Source of the DNA: Rhodothermales bacterium
Lineage (GTDB): Bacteria > Bacteroidota > Rhodothermia > Rhodothermales > Bin80
Direction: 5' to 3'
NCBI GenBank assembly: GCA_965207385.1
Contig: CBDBLZ010000021.1
Span: 641,205-705,204 of the forward strand
DNA: 64,000 nucleotides
The notes beneath the pieces were generated by a model. The model had not been told where the DNA came from. It saw only the letters and a program-made list of their open reading frames with translations, and searched no databases. Numbering within the stretch: position 1 is the stretch's first letter; the number at the start of each line of letters is the position of its first letter. This document shows positions 8,069-20,883 of this stretch, one piece after another. The translations under genes were made by a program, and so were the position numbers.

Positions 8069-11000
8069 ATGACCGTCAGATGCGACGCCCCGGGGCATGC
8101 TGCCACCCCGGCTTTCGGGCAGGCAAATGGGAGGACCGGCTACGCCAAGGTGAGGTCGCTCCTATTTCAGACGTCAGCGGCTTCAATGCTGGCTTGTGCC
8201 CTTGTGGCATGCAGGCCGGCGCCGGACACCGGCCCCAGGAAGGTCGAAGTGTTGTTCCTTGGTCATGAGAGCACGCACCATGACGCGCAGACCTACGCGT
8301 CTGCCGTTGCTGCGTCCTTTGCTCGGGAGGGCATCAATATTTCGTATTCCAACGATCCGAGCGTACTGGAGCCGGCCACACTTGACCTGTATGATGTTCT
8401 GCTTCTGTATGCCAACCACGATTCCATTACCGCTTCACAGGAGAGGGCACTGCTGGACTTTGTGGCCTCCGGAAATGGATTTGTGCCGGTGCACAGCGCC
8501 TCGTACTGCTTCAGGAATTCGGATGCATTTGTGCGGCTTGTCGGTGCCCAGTTCCAGGAGCACGGCGTTGGCAGGTTTACGGCCCCGATCCTCCAGGCGG
8601 ACCACCCTGCCATGCAAGGGCTCAAGGAATTCGAAACGTGGGACGAAACCTACGTGCACACGAGGCATGCACCAGACCGAGCCGTGCTCATGGAGCGCGT
8701 GGACGGCCAACACCGCGAGCCCTGGACATGGACGCGCACGCACGGCAAGGGGCGGGTGTTCTATACCGCCTATGGCCATGACGAACGCACATGGAACCAT
8801 CCGGATTTCCTGAATCTCCTCAAGGCGGGTCTGCTGTGGGCCGCGGGGGATAGAGTGCGTGCGCGATGGGAGGCGCTCGATCTTCCGCCGCTGGTTTACT
8901 CACCGCACGACAGCATTCCCAACTACGAGGAGCGGGATCCTCCTCCCAGGTTTCAGCATCCCCTGTCGCCGGAGGCTTCCCGGGCTCACATGCAGATTCC
9001 GCCCGGATTTGAATTGACACTATTTGCCTCCGAGCCGCTCATCAGAAACCCTATTGCGATGGCCTGGGACGAGCGGGGAAGGCTTTTCGTGATAGAAACT
9101 CGGGACTATCCTCACAACCTGCGCTCGGAAGGGGGCGATGCGATAAAGATCCTGCACGACACGGATGCGGATGGCAGGGCAGACTCCGTCACCGTGTTTG
9201 CTGACGGGCTCAGCATTGCCACAGGTCTCGCGTTCGCACACGATGGCCTCATAGTGTCCCAGGCGCCCGACATGCTCTTCCTGCAGGATACGGACGGAGA
9301 CGACAGGGCTGACAGGCGCGAGGTGTTGTTCTCGGGATTCGGGACAGGGGACACGCACGCCGGTCCGTCGAATCTCAAGGCTGGCTTTGATAACTGGACC
9401 TGGGGCACGGTGGGATACAGTGATTTCGAGGGAGTGGTGGGCGGTGACACCGTTCGAATGGTTCAGGGTGTATTTCGATTCAGGCCCGGCCAGTTGGAAC
9501 AGGTTTCCACGTATACGAACAATACTTGGGGACTTGGTTTCTCGGAGACGTTCGACGTTTTCGGATCCACCGCCAACAATGAGCACAGCGTGTTCGTCGC
9601 GATACCGGATCGATACTATGCCGGTGTCCCGGGACTGCTGGGCGATGGCAAGATCAAGATCGATGGCCACTATGCCATGCGGCCCAATACGCCCAACATT
9701 CGTCAGGTCGACGTATGGGGCGGATTTACCTCCGCTGCGGGGCACAACCTGTATACGGCGCGCGATTTCCCTGACGAATACTGGAATCGCATCGCCCTTG
9801 TCAACGAGCCAACAGGTCACCTTCTGCACCGGGCAATCATCGAGAGCGCAGGATCGGGCTACCGTGAGCGAGATGCCTGGAATCTCCTGGCAAGTGCCGA
9901 TGAATGGGTGTCGCCCGTACATGCAGAAGTGGGGCCGGACGGCGCCGTGTGGATTCTGGACTGGTACAACTTTATCGTGCAGCACAATCCCACGCCCGAG
10001 GGATTTCGCACGGGAAGGGGAGCTGCCCACGTCAATATTCTGCGGGATTACCAGCACGGACGCATTTACCGGCTCGCGTACAGGAATGCAAGGCGCCGAC
10101 GCATTCCAGAGCTGGACATTGAGCGGCCGTCTACCCTGCTAAGGGCACTTCAACATGACAACATGTTCTGGCGCATGACGGCCCAGAGGCTTCTGGTGGA
10201 GCGCGGCGGCCTTGATGTAGTGCCTGGTCTGCTGGAAATCGCGAGCGATGCGGGACTGGATGCAATAGGCCTGAATGGAGGCGCCGCGCACGCGCTTTGG
10301 ACCCTCCAGGGACTGGATGCCGTGCGTGGAGAAGCGCTGCGCATTGTGGAGTCAGCTCTTCGGCACGCGGCGCCAGGCGTCAGAAAGGCGGCGCTGGCCG
10401 TGCTTCCACGGACGGATTCCAGTCTCTCGGCCATTCGGCGCGCCGGCGTGCTGGAGGACAAGAATCTTAATGTTCGTCTGGCGGCGTTTCTGGCGGCTTC
10501 CGAAATGCCCGCCGACCGTGAGACGGGAGCCGTGCTCTACGGGCAGAGCACGCTGCCTGAAGTCAGGACGGATGTCTGGCTTCCGGAGGCGCTGTACATT
10601 GCGGCAAGCCGCCATTGGGAAGGGTTCGTGGACGCGTACGCGCAGGACCTGGGGGCGCTCGCATTCACACGGATGGCAGCTCGCCTTGCCTCCGGTTACA
10701 CGGAGACCCCGACAGACTGGTCAGCGCCCGATCTGGAAACATCGGAGTGGGGGACCATGGCCCTTCCGATGCCATGGGTAAGGACAAATGCACTGACGTC
10801 ATTCGATGGAGCCGTGTGGTTTCGCATTGAGGTCCACCTGCCGGATGCGCCCGCAGGTGCGACGCTCGGCCTGGGCGCGATATATGACAGCGACGTGACC
10901 TTTGTGAACGGCGAGCAGATCGGGGAAACCCTGAACGGCTACGATGCAGCGCGGGTCTACGGCATCCCGCCGGGTCTGTTGCAGGCCGGCCGCAACGTGG

Positions 11001-11641
11001 TTGCTGTCCGCGTGGACGATCCCCGCGGTCGTGGAGGGTTTTGGGGTAGTGCGTATGACCTGTTCCTGCGCACGGGCGGCAGAGCGCATTCGCTTGCCGC
11101 CGAGTGGCACTTCAAAGTCGAGGAGGAATATGTCGGCGGCAAGAAGAGCGAGCTGGCTGCGCATACGCCGATTGCGGAGCACTTTGTCCGGCACCACCTG
11201 GACCGGCTCGATATCGCAGCAGAACGTGTTGGTCCGTCTGCCAACAACGAAACGATACATGAACTGACTCTTTCGGTTATTCCGGGCGCACTGCAGTATG
11301 ACCGCACCTTGCTTGAGATTCCCGCCGGAAGCCTTGCAAGGCTGACGCTTACCAATCCAGGGGATATGCCCCACAACGCCGTGTTTACGGCCCCCGGCAC
11401 CGCGGAAGCTGTCGGACTGAGGTCAGAAAGGGAGGCGGCCGTGGGAGTTTTCGTTCCTGATACGTCTGCCGTGCTGTTTGCCACTGGCATGGCAGACCCG
11501 GGGTCCGAGATTTCGGTAACGTTTCGATCGCCGTCCGCGCCCGGTGACTATCCGTTTCTCTGCACGTATCCGGGCCACTGGAGAGTGATGCAGGGAGTAC
11601 TGCGCGTGACGCGGAATGCGACGGGCCGCGAGGCTTCGTAG
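8069..11641 (+). CDS. large exported multidomain protein: ThuA-like + beta-propeller (membrane-bound dehydrogenase-type) + HEAT-like repeats + jelly-roll + C-terminal cupredoxin
   Basis: 1190 aa. It has a lipobox-like N-terminus (SMLACALVAC). The ThuA-like region reads VLFLGHESTHH..LLLYANHD..FVPVHSASYCF. The middle region is of the propeller/dehydrogenase type (WDERGRLFVIETRDYP, WILDWYNFIVQHNP). The C-terminus reads GDMPHNAVF....GDYPFLCTYPGHWRVMQG, an azurin/plastocyanin-type H..C..H..M copper ligand pattern. Confidence 0.75.
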   Translation: MTVRCDAPGHAATPAFGQANGRTGYAKVRSLLFQTSAASMLACALVACRPAPDTGPRKVEVLFLGHESTHHDAQTYASAVAASFAREGINISYSNDPSVLEPATLDLYDVLLLYANHDSITASQERALLDFVASGNGFVPVHSASYCFRNSDAFVRLVGAQFQEHGVGRFTAPILQADHPAMQGLKEFETWDETYVHTRHAPDRAVLMERVDGQHREPWTWTRTHGKGRVFYTAYGHDERTWNHPDFLNLLKAGLLWAAGDRVRARWEALDLPPLVYSPHDSIPNYEERDPPPRFQHPLSPEASRAHMQIPPGFELTLFASEPLIRNPIAMAWDERGRLFVIETRDYPHNLRSEGGDAIKILHDTDADGRADSVTVFADGLSIATGLAFAHDGLIVSQAPDMLFLQDTDGDDRADRREVLFSGFGTGDTHAGPSNLKAGFDNWTWGTVGYSDFEGVVGGDTVRMVQGVFRFRPGQLEQVSTYTNNTWGLGFSETFDVFGSTANNEHSVFVAIPDRYYAGVPGLLGDGKIKIDGHYAMRPNTPNIRQVDVWGGFTSAAGHNLYTARDFPDEYWNRIALVNEPTGHLLHRAIIESAGSGYRERDAWNLLASADEWVSPVHAEVGPDGAVWILDWYNFIVQHNPTPEGFRTGRGAAHVNILRDYQHGRIYRLAYRNARRRRIPELDIERPSTLLRALQHDNMFWRMTAQRLLVERGGLDVVPGLLEIASDAGLDAIGLNGGAAHALWTLQGLDAVRGEALRIVESALRHAAPGVRKAALAVLPRTDSSLSAIRRAGVLEDKNLNVRLAAFLAASEMPADRETGAVLYGQSTLPEVRTDVWLPEALYIAASRHWEGFVDAYAQDLGALAFTRMAARLASGYTETPTDWSAPDLETSEWGTMALPMPWVRTNALTSFDGAVWFRIEVHLPDAPAGATLGLGAIYDSDVTFVNGEQIGETLNGYDAARVYGIPPGLLQAGRNVVAVRVDDPRGRGGFWGSAYDLFLRTGGRAHSLAAEWHFKVEEEYVGGKKSELAAHTPIAEHFVRHHLDRLDIAAERVGPSANNETIHELTLSVIPGALQYDRTLLEIPAGSLARLTLTNPGDMPHNAVFTAPGTAEAVGLRSEREAAVGVFVPDTSAVLFATGMADPGSEISVTFRSPSAPGDYPFLCTYPGHWRVMQGVLRVTRNATGREAS

Positions 11642-12010
11642 CTCCGGGCGCTTGCTTTGATAGCGGCGTTTTGTGTCTATCCTCGGACATGACGTAGCCT
11701 CGATTATCGAGCCACGGCCACCATCAGGGCAATAGCTGTCACTATCAAGCCTACGCGTCAATTCCATCCGCTGCGTCGCCGATTCTTGGTCCGGGAACTT
11801 ATCCAGTAATCCCAATCAATTCACTGCCTGCACTCTCTGCCACATGAAATATGCTATCTGCGAGGGAAATATCAATAGACTTGCCACATAATCTCTACAG
11901 TGTTGTCACAAATCCTGTTCCCGTCGTCTTCAGTTGTACATCTCCAACGACTTCCCTATATTGAAAGCACAACATTTCTTCACCGATATTCGTTAACCAG
12001 CTAGATACAA

Positions 12011-12298
12011 GTGACCATGAAGATCATAGCTATGAAGACCGTAGACAGGACGGTATTCTCGGCATTACTATTCGCAGGGCTGGCCATCCTGGCATTTGCG
12101 GGTGGTGGGCTTTTTAATGCAGCGTTTCTCTCACCCGCTGATACTCAAGCGGGTGACGATACTTGTGACCACGACGTTTGCAAAGAGATCACATACGCAG
12201 ATGACTCAGTGGAGTGGGTCTGCGGAGACGATGGGACATTTACTTGGGAAGATTGCAATGCCCAACACAATAAGGAATGCGACATGGATGACTGTTGA
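12011..12298 (+). CDS. exported acidic Cys-rich mini-protein (cassette 1)
   Basis: 95 aa with GTG at 12011 and ATG at 12017. The leader is hydrophobic (FSALLFAGLAILAFAGGG). The tail is GDDTCDHDVCKEITYADDSVEWVCGDDGTFTWEDCNAQHNKECDMDDC, with 6 Cys and 16 D/E among the last 48 residues, and it ends on Cys. It lies in an AT-rich island preceded by about 370 bp of non-coding sequence. Confidence 0.6.
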   Translation: MTMKIIAMKTVDRTVFSALLFAGLAILAFAGGGLFNAAFLSPADTQAGDDTCDHDVCKEITYADDSVEWVCGDDGTFTWEDCNAQHNKECDMDDC

Positions 12299-13052
12299 CA
12301 CTGGACCGGGATTCCTAGTATGCGGTTTAAGATGGCGCTCTGGCTCTGAAGATGAACTTCGTCTTGACCGCGAGAAGAAGGTCGCGCTCGGTGGATTCCA
12401 GGTCGACGATTAACGTTGAGGCTCCCCGATGGGGCATAGCAGTAGCCATTCGCTGCCCGACTCCGCCGGAGCTCAATGGATTGGATGTGTCCATGGTGAG
12501 AAGGGGTTTGATGATGAACAAATTAGGCTGGACTACTTGACCAGTTCCGCTGCTAGAACCCCGCTGCGGCTACACTTCTAATGTACAACCGTATCTCACT
12601 TTTTGTTGGCACGGAGGGCAGGACATACCAGCCCGCCATTGTAGTCAATGGACCAGAGGTCACGGTTCAAGCGCGAATTCGTAATTCGATTGTGCAAGAG
12701 ATTTCCCGTCTGTGCTTCGATGTGTCGTCGCGGGCGGTGCTACTAAAACGAAATGGTCGAGCGCCGGTAGTGCAGCCTCACCCGCGAAAAGGTCCGCTAA
12801 TGCGAGTACGTGCCGTTGCCCGAGGCCCCGAAGTGCCTTCACTCGCCCCCATCGACGCCACAAATAGCTCAAGAATTGCGGTCCGGCCACCGTTTATTGT
12901 GAGCTGGACGGAATCCCTTTGGCCAAATCCGAAGTCACCACTACAACGCATTACTCACAGGGTTCGCCATGTCCCACGCTTACCGAGGTAAGACTGCCCC
13001 GAATCCGCCGGCGCACTGTCCCGCCGAATGGGTACATCCTAATAGTTAAACC

Positions 13053-14198
13053 ATGATTTCCTGGAAGCTACGCATCATAATTCTTTGTGCCGTTATCGGG
13101 CTACTTTTGGTTGTTGCCCTTCTCGCGAATATCGTAGGTGATAGAATCGGCGGGGCGACTAATCCTGTCGGAGAAGTACGCCATCCTACTCCCGAGAACA
13201 TACCCTCGGTAACCGATGCACGCCGCGTAGCAGGCCATGGGCCCGCTACCGGCGATGGTAGTCATGCCTTCTTGGATTCAACGTCCTACAGCGAGCTAAC
13301 TATTGGTGTAGCAGAGGGATCGGCGCACGAAATGTTCGGCCTGATTGAAGATGTCGTCATCGACTATAGTGGCAACATTTTTATTTTGGATTCTCAGTAT
13401 AACCAGGTGCGAGTATTCGACTATGATGGCTCCTTCATTAGCACGATCGGTGCTCCTGGACAAGGACCGGGTGAATTCCTTTCTGCACGAAATGTGTTGA
13501 TTTCCTCTCTAGGGAACATTGTTGCGGTTATGAGTGGCCCGAAGATCGAGATGTTTGAACGACAGGGTCCGACTTCTTTCGCATACCGCTCTACTTTCTC
13601 CAGAGAAGGTTACCTTGGGCCCGGCGGATGCGCAATGAACAACCATTTGTATCTATTGGCCGTAGTTCCCAATAGGGACGGTATGATACATAAACATACG
13701 CTCGACGGCGAAATAGCCCGTTCTTTTGGAGCGCTATACAATTCTGACAACGAACAAGTTGTCAGACATATGTCGACGAAAGCTCGACTAGCGTGTAGTG
13801 AGAAGTATAGTATTGTAAGCTTCCTTATGGACTTTTCGCCGGTTCTTACCGGCTATCGCGAAGACGGTACGGTGGCTTGGCATGTGTCATTCGAGGGTTT
13901 TCTGGCATCGGCCGTTTGGGAAAGAAGAACTCCGGAAGGCCGGAATCGTATCTCGTATAGCGCAAATGAGGTCGGGGAAGCGTTCTACACGCATATGTTT
14001 TTTCATCATGATCACTTTTACGTCGGTTACAGAGTACGAGGTGATGGCACAGGACAGCACTTCAGAATTCACGCAGAAAGTGGGTATACGGAGTACTTGG
14101 GAACTCTCGACGCAGCAGTCTATGGTATCGACGGAGAGCGTGTAATAGTGGCCAGGAATTTTCCGTTCCCGAGAGTCAAGGTGTTCACTAGGCGATAG
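13053..14198 (+). CDS. 6-bladed beta-propeller protein (NHL/DUF5128-like), N-terminal signal anchor (cassette 1)
   Basis: 381 aa. TM segment LRIIILCAVIGLLLVVALLANIV. Blade motif DYSGNIFILDSQYNQVRVFDYDGSFISTIGAPGQGPGEF. It is a paralogue of 21150..22166. Confidence 0.75.
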   Translation: MISWKLRIIILCAVIGLLLVVALLANIVGDRIGGATNPVGEVRHPTPENIPSVTDARRVAGHGPATGDGSHAFLDSTSYSELTIGVAEGSAHEMFGLIEDVVIDYSGNIFILDSQYNQVRVFDYDGSFISTIGAPGQGPGEFLSARNVLISSLGNIVAVMSGPKIEMFERQGPTSFAYRSTFSREGYLGPGGCAMNNHLYLLAVVPNRDGMIHKHTLDGEIARSFGALYNSDNEQVVRHMSTKARLACSEKYSIVSFLMDFSPVLTGYREDGTVAWHVSFEGFLASAVWERRTPEGRNRISYSANEVGEAFYTHMFFHHDHFYVGYRVRGDGTGQHFRIHAESGYTEYLGTLDAAVYGIDGERVIVARNFPFPRVKVFTRR

Positions 14199-14206
14199 AC
14201 GCTCAC

Positions 14207-14812
14207 GTGAAGGTACTTGAAGTCAAGTGGATACGGTGGGGAGGCGCTGGTATAGTGGCGTCGTGTTTTTGGCTCGGGGCCGTGGTGGGAATTCCGATTT
14301 CGTCAGTGGAAATTCATTGGAGAGTAAAAGACTCTCAGCCTGGGGAAAGGTATGTGCCCTCACATTCTGTGGTTAGCGGGCGGGAAATGGTGATGGTTTA
14401 TCTTGGCGCGTATTCTTGTGCGTTCGCAAATGACGAGGCGTTGCCTCGGATTGTTGAGAGGATTAAGCTTGGTTTGCAGGACAAGGCTGTGAACGAGGGT
14501 ATGTCATTTTCAGCTATTGGAGTGGCGGTGGATTGGCGCGTTGGTGAGGGAGTTGAACACTTGGAAAAATTTGGACAGTTTGATGAGATCTTGGCTGGGC
14601 GCAAATGGCACGGAGTCGGCTCTCTGCAGTTCTTCAAGGAACGGTTAGCGGGAGTAGCGGCGACGCCGCAAGTCTTGGTGTTTAAGCGGGATATAGAGGC
14701 GGAAGAGGGTGCATTTCGAGTGTCGAACGAACGCGTGCTTGTCCGAAAGATGGGCGTGTTAGGCATAGGCAATTGGCTTGAACGCGGGTTGCCTTTGCCT
14801 GAGAACTTATAG
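14207..14812 (+). CDS. membrane-anchored thioredoxin-fold protein, monothiol CAFA variant (cassette 1)
   Basis: 201 aa with a GTG start 8 nt after the propeller stop. TM segment AGIVASCFWLGAVVGIPI. VMVYLGAYSCAFANDEALPRIVERI aligns with the CSFC site of 22169..22675. A later TPQVLVF looks like a cis-Pro loop. Confidence 0.55.
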   Translation: MKVLEVKWIRWGGAGIVASCFWLGAVVGIPISSVEIHWRVKDSQPGERYVPSHSVVSGREMVMVYLGAYSCAFANDEALPRIVERIKLGLQDKAVNEGMSFSAIGVAVDWRVGEGVEHLEKFGQFDEILAGRKWHGVGSLQFFKERLAGVAATPQVLVFKRDIEAEEGAFRVSNERVLVRKMGVLGIGNWLERGLPLPENL

Positions 14813-15091
14813 AGCAGGTTGAGCTGGAATGGCGGTGGCACTGCGCGCATAGCGCCAGCAAATCAAACGAGCAGAAACAGCCCAAATCTAGAATATGTGT
14901 AGGTAGACTTGGACATCTATCTCCGCATGTACGCGCTTGAAGGCATGGACTTTTGCGGCATGCCAATATTCAGCGAGGGGTTTAAGGGATCTCTTGGGGC
15001 GCTCAGACCCGACCGCCTCCATCCGTGACTTTGAACGGATCGCCGGCGGCAGGCAGACAGTTCGCGCGGCTAAGCCGCCCATAAAAGCGTG

Positions 15092-16531
15092 CTACGCGAT
15101 AATTCCCTTCACCACAAAAGCCTCCTCTACCCCTGTTAGCTTTTGGTCCAGTCCCCGAAACTTGACAGTGAGTCGCTCATGGTCGATGCCTAGCTGATGC
15201 AGAATTGTGGCGTTCAGGTCGCGGATGTGTACGGGATCCTCGAGTATGTTATAGGCGAAGTCATCGGTTAGTCCATACTCGATCCCCGGCTTTATGCCGC
15301 CGCCCGCAAGCCACAGCGTGAAGCAGCGACCATGGTGATCGCGGCCGGCGCTTGGATGTCCCAGCTCACCCTGGCTGTATATGGTACGACCGAATTCCCC
15401 TCCCCAGATGACGAGCGTCTCCTCCAGCAAACCGCGTCGCTTCAAGTCCTTGACCAGGGCAGCCGATGCCTGATCCACATCCAGGCACTGCGAAGGCAAT
15501 TGCTGCCTGAGCGCGATGTGCTGGTCCCATCCCCGATGGAAGAGTTGCACGAATCGCACGCCCCTTTCCGTCATTCGCCGCGCGAGCAGGCAATTTGCGC
15601 TGTAACTGCCAGGCTTGCGGGAGTCCGGGCCATAGAGTTCGAATACTTCCTCCGGCTCATCAGACAAATCCATCAGATCCGGAACCGCAGTCTGCATGCG
15701 GAAGGCCATTTCATAGGCTTCGACCCGGGCAAGGGTCTCGGGATCACCCACCGCTTCGGCTTCGCGGCGGTTGAGAACGGCCAGATCGTCCAGCATGCGC
15801 CTTCTTTGCGCACGAGTCACGCCCGGTGGATCGGAGAGGTAAAGCACCGGGTTCACCCCCGGTCGCAGTAGCACGCCCTGATGGCTACTGGGCAGGTACC
15901 CGCTGCCCCAAAGCCGCGCATAAATGGGCTGTCCGGGATTTTTCCCGGATCCTTGGGACAGCAGAACCATGTAGGCGGGGAGGTTCTCGTTTTCGCTGCC
16001 AAGTCCATAGCTCAGCCAGGCACCTAGGCTGGCATGTCCGATTTGCTGTGATCCGGTGTTAATGAACGTGATGGCAGGATCATGATTGATGGCCTCCGTA
16101 TGCATCGACTTGATGATGCAAATGTCATTTGCAATAGACTGAATATGTGGCAGCAGGTCGCTTATCCATGTGCCGTGGTGGCCGCAGCGGCGCATGGGCC
16201 ACATGGGAGATACTACCGGGAAGGAATTCTGCCGTGAGGTCATGCCGGTAAGCCGTTGGCCACCGCGTATGGAGTCCGGCAACTCAGTGGAATGCAAATC
16301 TGTCTGGGCGGGCTTGTAGTCGAAGAGGTCGACGTGCGAAGGACCACCTGACTGGAAGAGGTAGATTACCCGCTTTGCTTTTGGCAGAAAGTGAAGCGGG
16401 CTGCGCCCGCCGGTCCCCGTCAGATCCGGGAACAACAGGCTGGCCAGGCCGAGCCGCCCGATTCCCCTTGCTGTCTTGCCAAGGAAAGTACGGCGTGTGA
16501 TAGCACGTTCGAAATCGAGGACCGGATGCAT
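15092..16531 (-). CDS. DUF1501 family protein (sulfatase-like fold), Tat signal
   Basis: 479 aa. N-terminus [25 protein letters not shown] is Tat-like. Its size and sequence are typical of the DUF1501 partner of DUF1553 proteins. It starts 1-2 nt after the upstream gene's stop. Confidence 0.75.
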   Translation of the reverse strand: MHPVLDFERAITRRTFLGKTARGIGRLGLASLLFPDLTGTGGRSPLHFLPKAKRVIYLFQSGGPSHVDLFDYKPAQTDLHSTELPDSIRGGQRLTGMTSRQNSFPVVSPMWPMRRCGHHGTWISDLLPHIQSIANDICIIKSMHTEAINHDPAITFINTGSQQIGHASLGAWLSYGLGSENENLPAYMVLLSQGSGKNPGQPIYARLWGSGYLPSSHQGVLLRPGVNPVLYLSDPPGVTRAQRRRMLDDLAVLNRREAEAVGDPETLARVEAYEMAFRMQTAVPDLMDLSDEPEEVFELYGPDSRKPGSYSANCLLARRMTERGVRFVQLFHRGWDQHIALRQQLPSQCLDVDQASAALVKDLKRRGLLEETLVIWGGEFGRTIYSQGELGHPSAGRDHHGRCFTLWLAGGGIKPGIEYGLTDDFAYNILEDPVHIRDLNATILHQLGIDHERLTVKFRGLDQKLTGVEEAFVVKGIIA

Positions 16532-16532
16532 G

Positions 16533-19625
<3,093 letters not shown>

Positions 19626-20583
19626 GTAGCTTGGCCGCTTTGACGTGATCGATTCCAGCTCCAACTCCAGCATACAAGGTAGAGGATAAGCCAATTACGA
19701 ACTCGCCCAAGTCGAATGCCTGAGATGAACCCAACCGCTACTTCCACTATCGTAGACAACTTGGAATCGATTGGCACGATTAAGCAGACTTGGCCTTAGG
19801 ACCGCAGTGGATGTCACGGCGTGGCCTTGGCGAAGAGGTCCCTTGAACAGCCGTAAGAAGATTGGCAGTAGCAAATTGGCCGGCACGATAGCTCACTTGA
19901 TAGTTCGCGGCCATAGGCGCGGGACGGGGGCCCACCAATCTTATTGGCAGATGCGGGACCAACAAACCACCGTGGCAACCGCGGACCCAAGGCGCGCTGT
20001 GGGCCCTTAGGATCACTGTGTCCGCGGCGATCGCCAGACTGACACGGGATTCACGGAGTGGCACACGGAAAAAGGACCGGTGGAACTAGGGTTGGGACGG
20101 ACGAGCGGATAGACCAGATTAAACTCGGTAGAAGGTTAGGATTCGATCCGACTGGAAGCCTTGTCGGTGCTGCAGCACAGTGCAACCGGCATCCCGCAAG
20201 GGGCTGGCGGGCCAATAGGGTAGTAGATGGCACCGTACTACCGAAGCCATTGGGTAATGCCTACCGAGGAAAGCAGCCTTGAGCTGAGCGCTGTGTGGAC
20301 GGACGTAAATCGATGTCCGGGACGTAAGCGGTACTGTAATCGCTATACTTTACCAGATCTAAAATGTCCATTTATGGTTCTCCGAGTAGTCCAATAATGG
20401 CGTGCCCTCTCTAAGGGCCCGTCCCGGCTGCTGCCAACCATATCGACGTGGCCTCGAACGATTCCCGTCAGCCTACGTCTTCATCCATTCTTAACTCGCA
20501 AGCACTCGAACATTACTTGTCGCCCATTATGACATTCTCTCTACTTCGTCCGCTACTTACTCGTACATGTCAACTAAATCTCT

Positions 20584-20862
20584 ATGACCATGCATGCCCA
20601 TAGCCGTTCAATCAGTCGGACCTTTCTCGCTCTAGCGTCGGCCGCTACTTTCATTGTGCTGGCCCTTTCATTTCCCGACGGCCAAGTAGCGCAAGCGAGA
20701 GACCCAGTGTGCAATGGAACTTGCGGCGCGCATTGCGATCTAGGCCCGGATTACTACTGCCACACGCTCTATTGTTGCGATAGGAGCCAACTTCCGTGCT
20801 CCGAAGGAGATGTGGAACCCTTCACCTGCTATGGCGACACCGACATTATGGTCACGCCCTAA
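20584..20862 (+). CDS. exported Cys-rich mini-protein (cassette 2, copy A)
   Basis: 92 aa. Leader RTFLALASAATFIVLALSF..VAQA. Tail RDPVCNGTCGAHCDLGPDYYCHTLYCCDRSQLPCSEGDVEPFTCYGDTDIMVTP has 8 Cys. Like 12011, it begins M-T-M (ATGACCATG versus GTGACCATG). Confidence 0.6.
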   Translation: MTMHAHSRSISRTFLALASAATFIVLALSFPDGQVAQARDPVCNGTCGAHCDLGPDYYCHTLYCCDRSQLPCSEGDVEPFTCYGDTDIMVTP

Positions 20863-20883
20863 CACTAAACAAACGGTGCCTTC

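Noticed and set aside
11918-11932. Shared upstream motif TTCCCGTC..GTCTTCA before both first peptide genes (11918-11932 and 20462-20483), with TTCCCGTC also at 12703-12710.
   Set aside because: An 8-mer is expected about twice by chance in 64 kb on two strands, and the spacing to the starts differs. I mention it as a lead only, not as a regulatory site.
12581-12991. 136-aa ORF in the gap of cassette 1.
   Set aside because: It has R/P/V-rich low-information sequence, no signal peptide, no Cys pattern like the other mini-proteins, and competing ORFs on the opposite strand.
19772-19786. TGGCACGATTAAGCA, resembling a sigma-54 -24/-12 promoter.
   Set aside because: The -12 GC is displaced by one position relative to TGGCAC-N5-TTGC, and the site lies about 800 nt from the nearest downstream gene.
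20266-20278. GAGGAAAGCAGCC string reminiscent of the RNase P (GAGGAAAGTCC) or SRP RNA (GGAAGCAGCC) conserved cores.
   Set aside because: The neighbouring helices and other universally conserved elements of either RNA could not be placed. The apical loop is not GNRA in the SRP-like fold.
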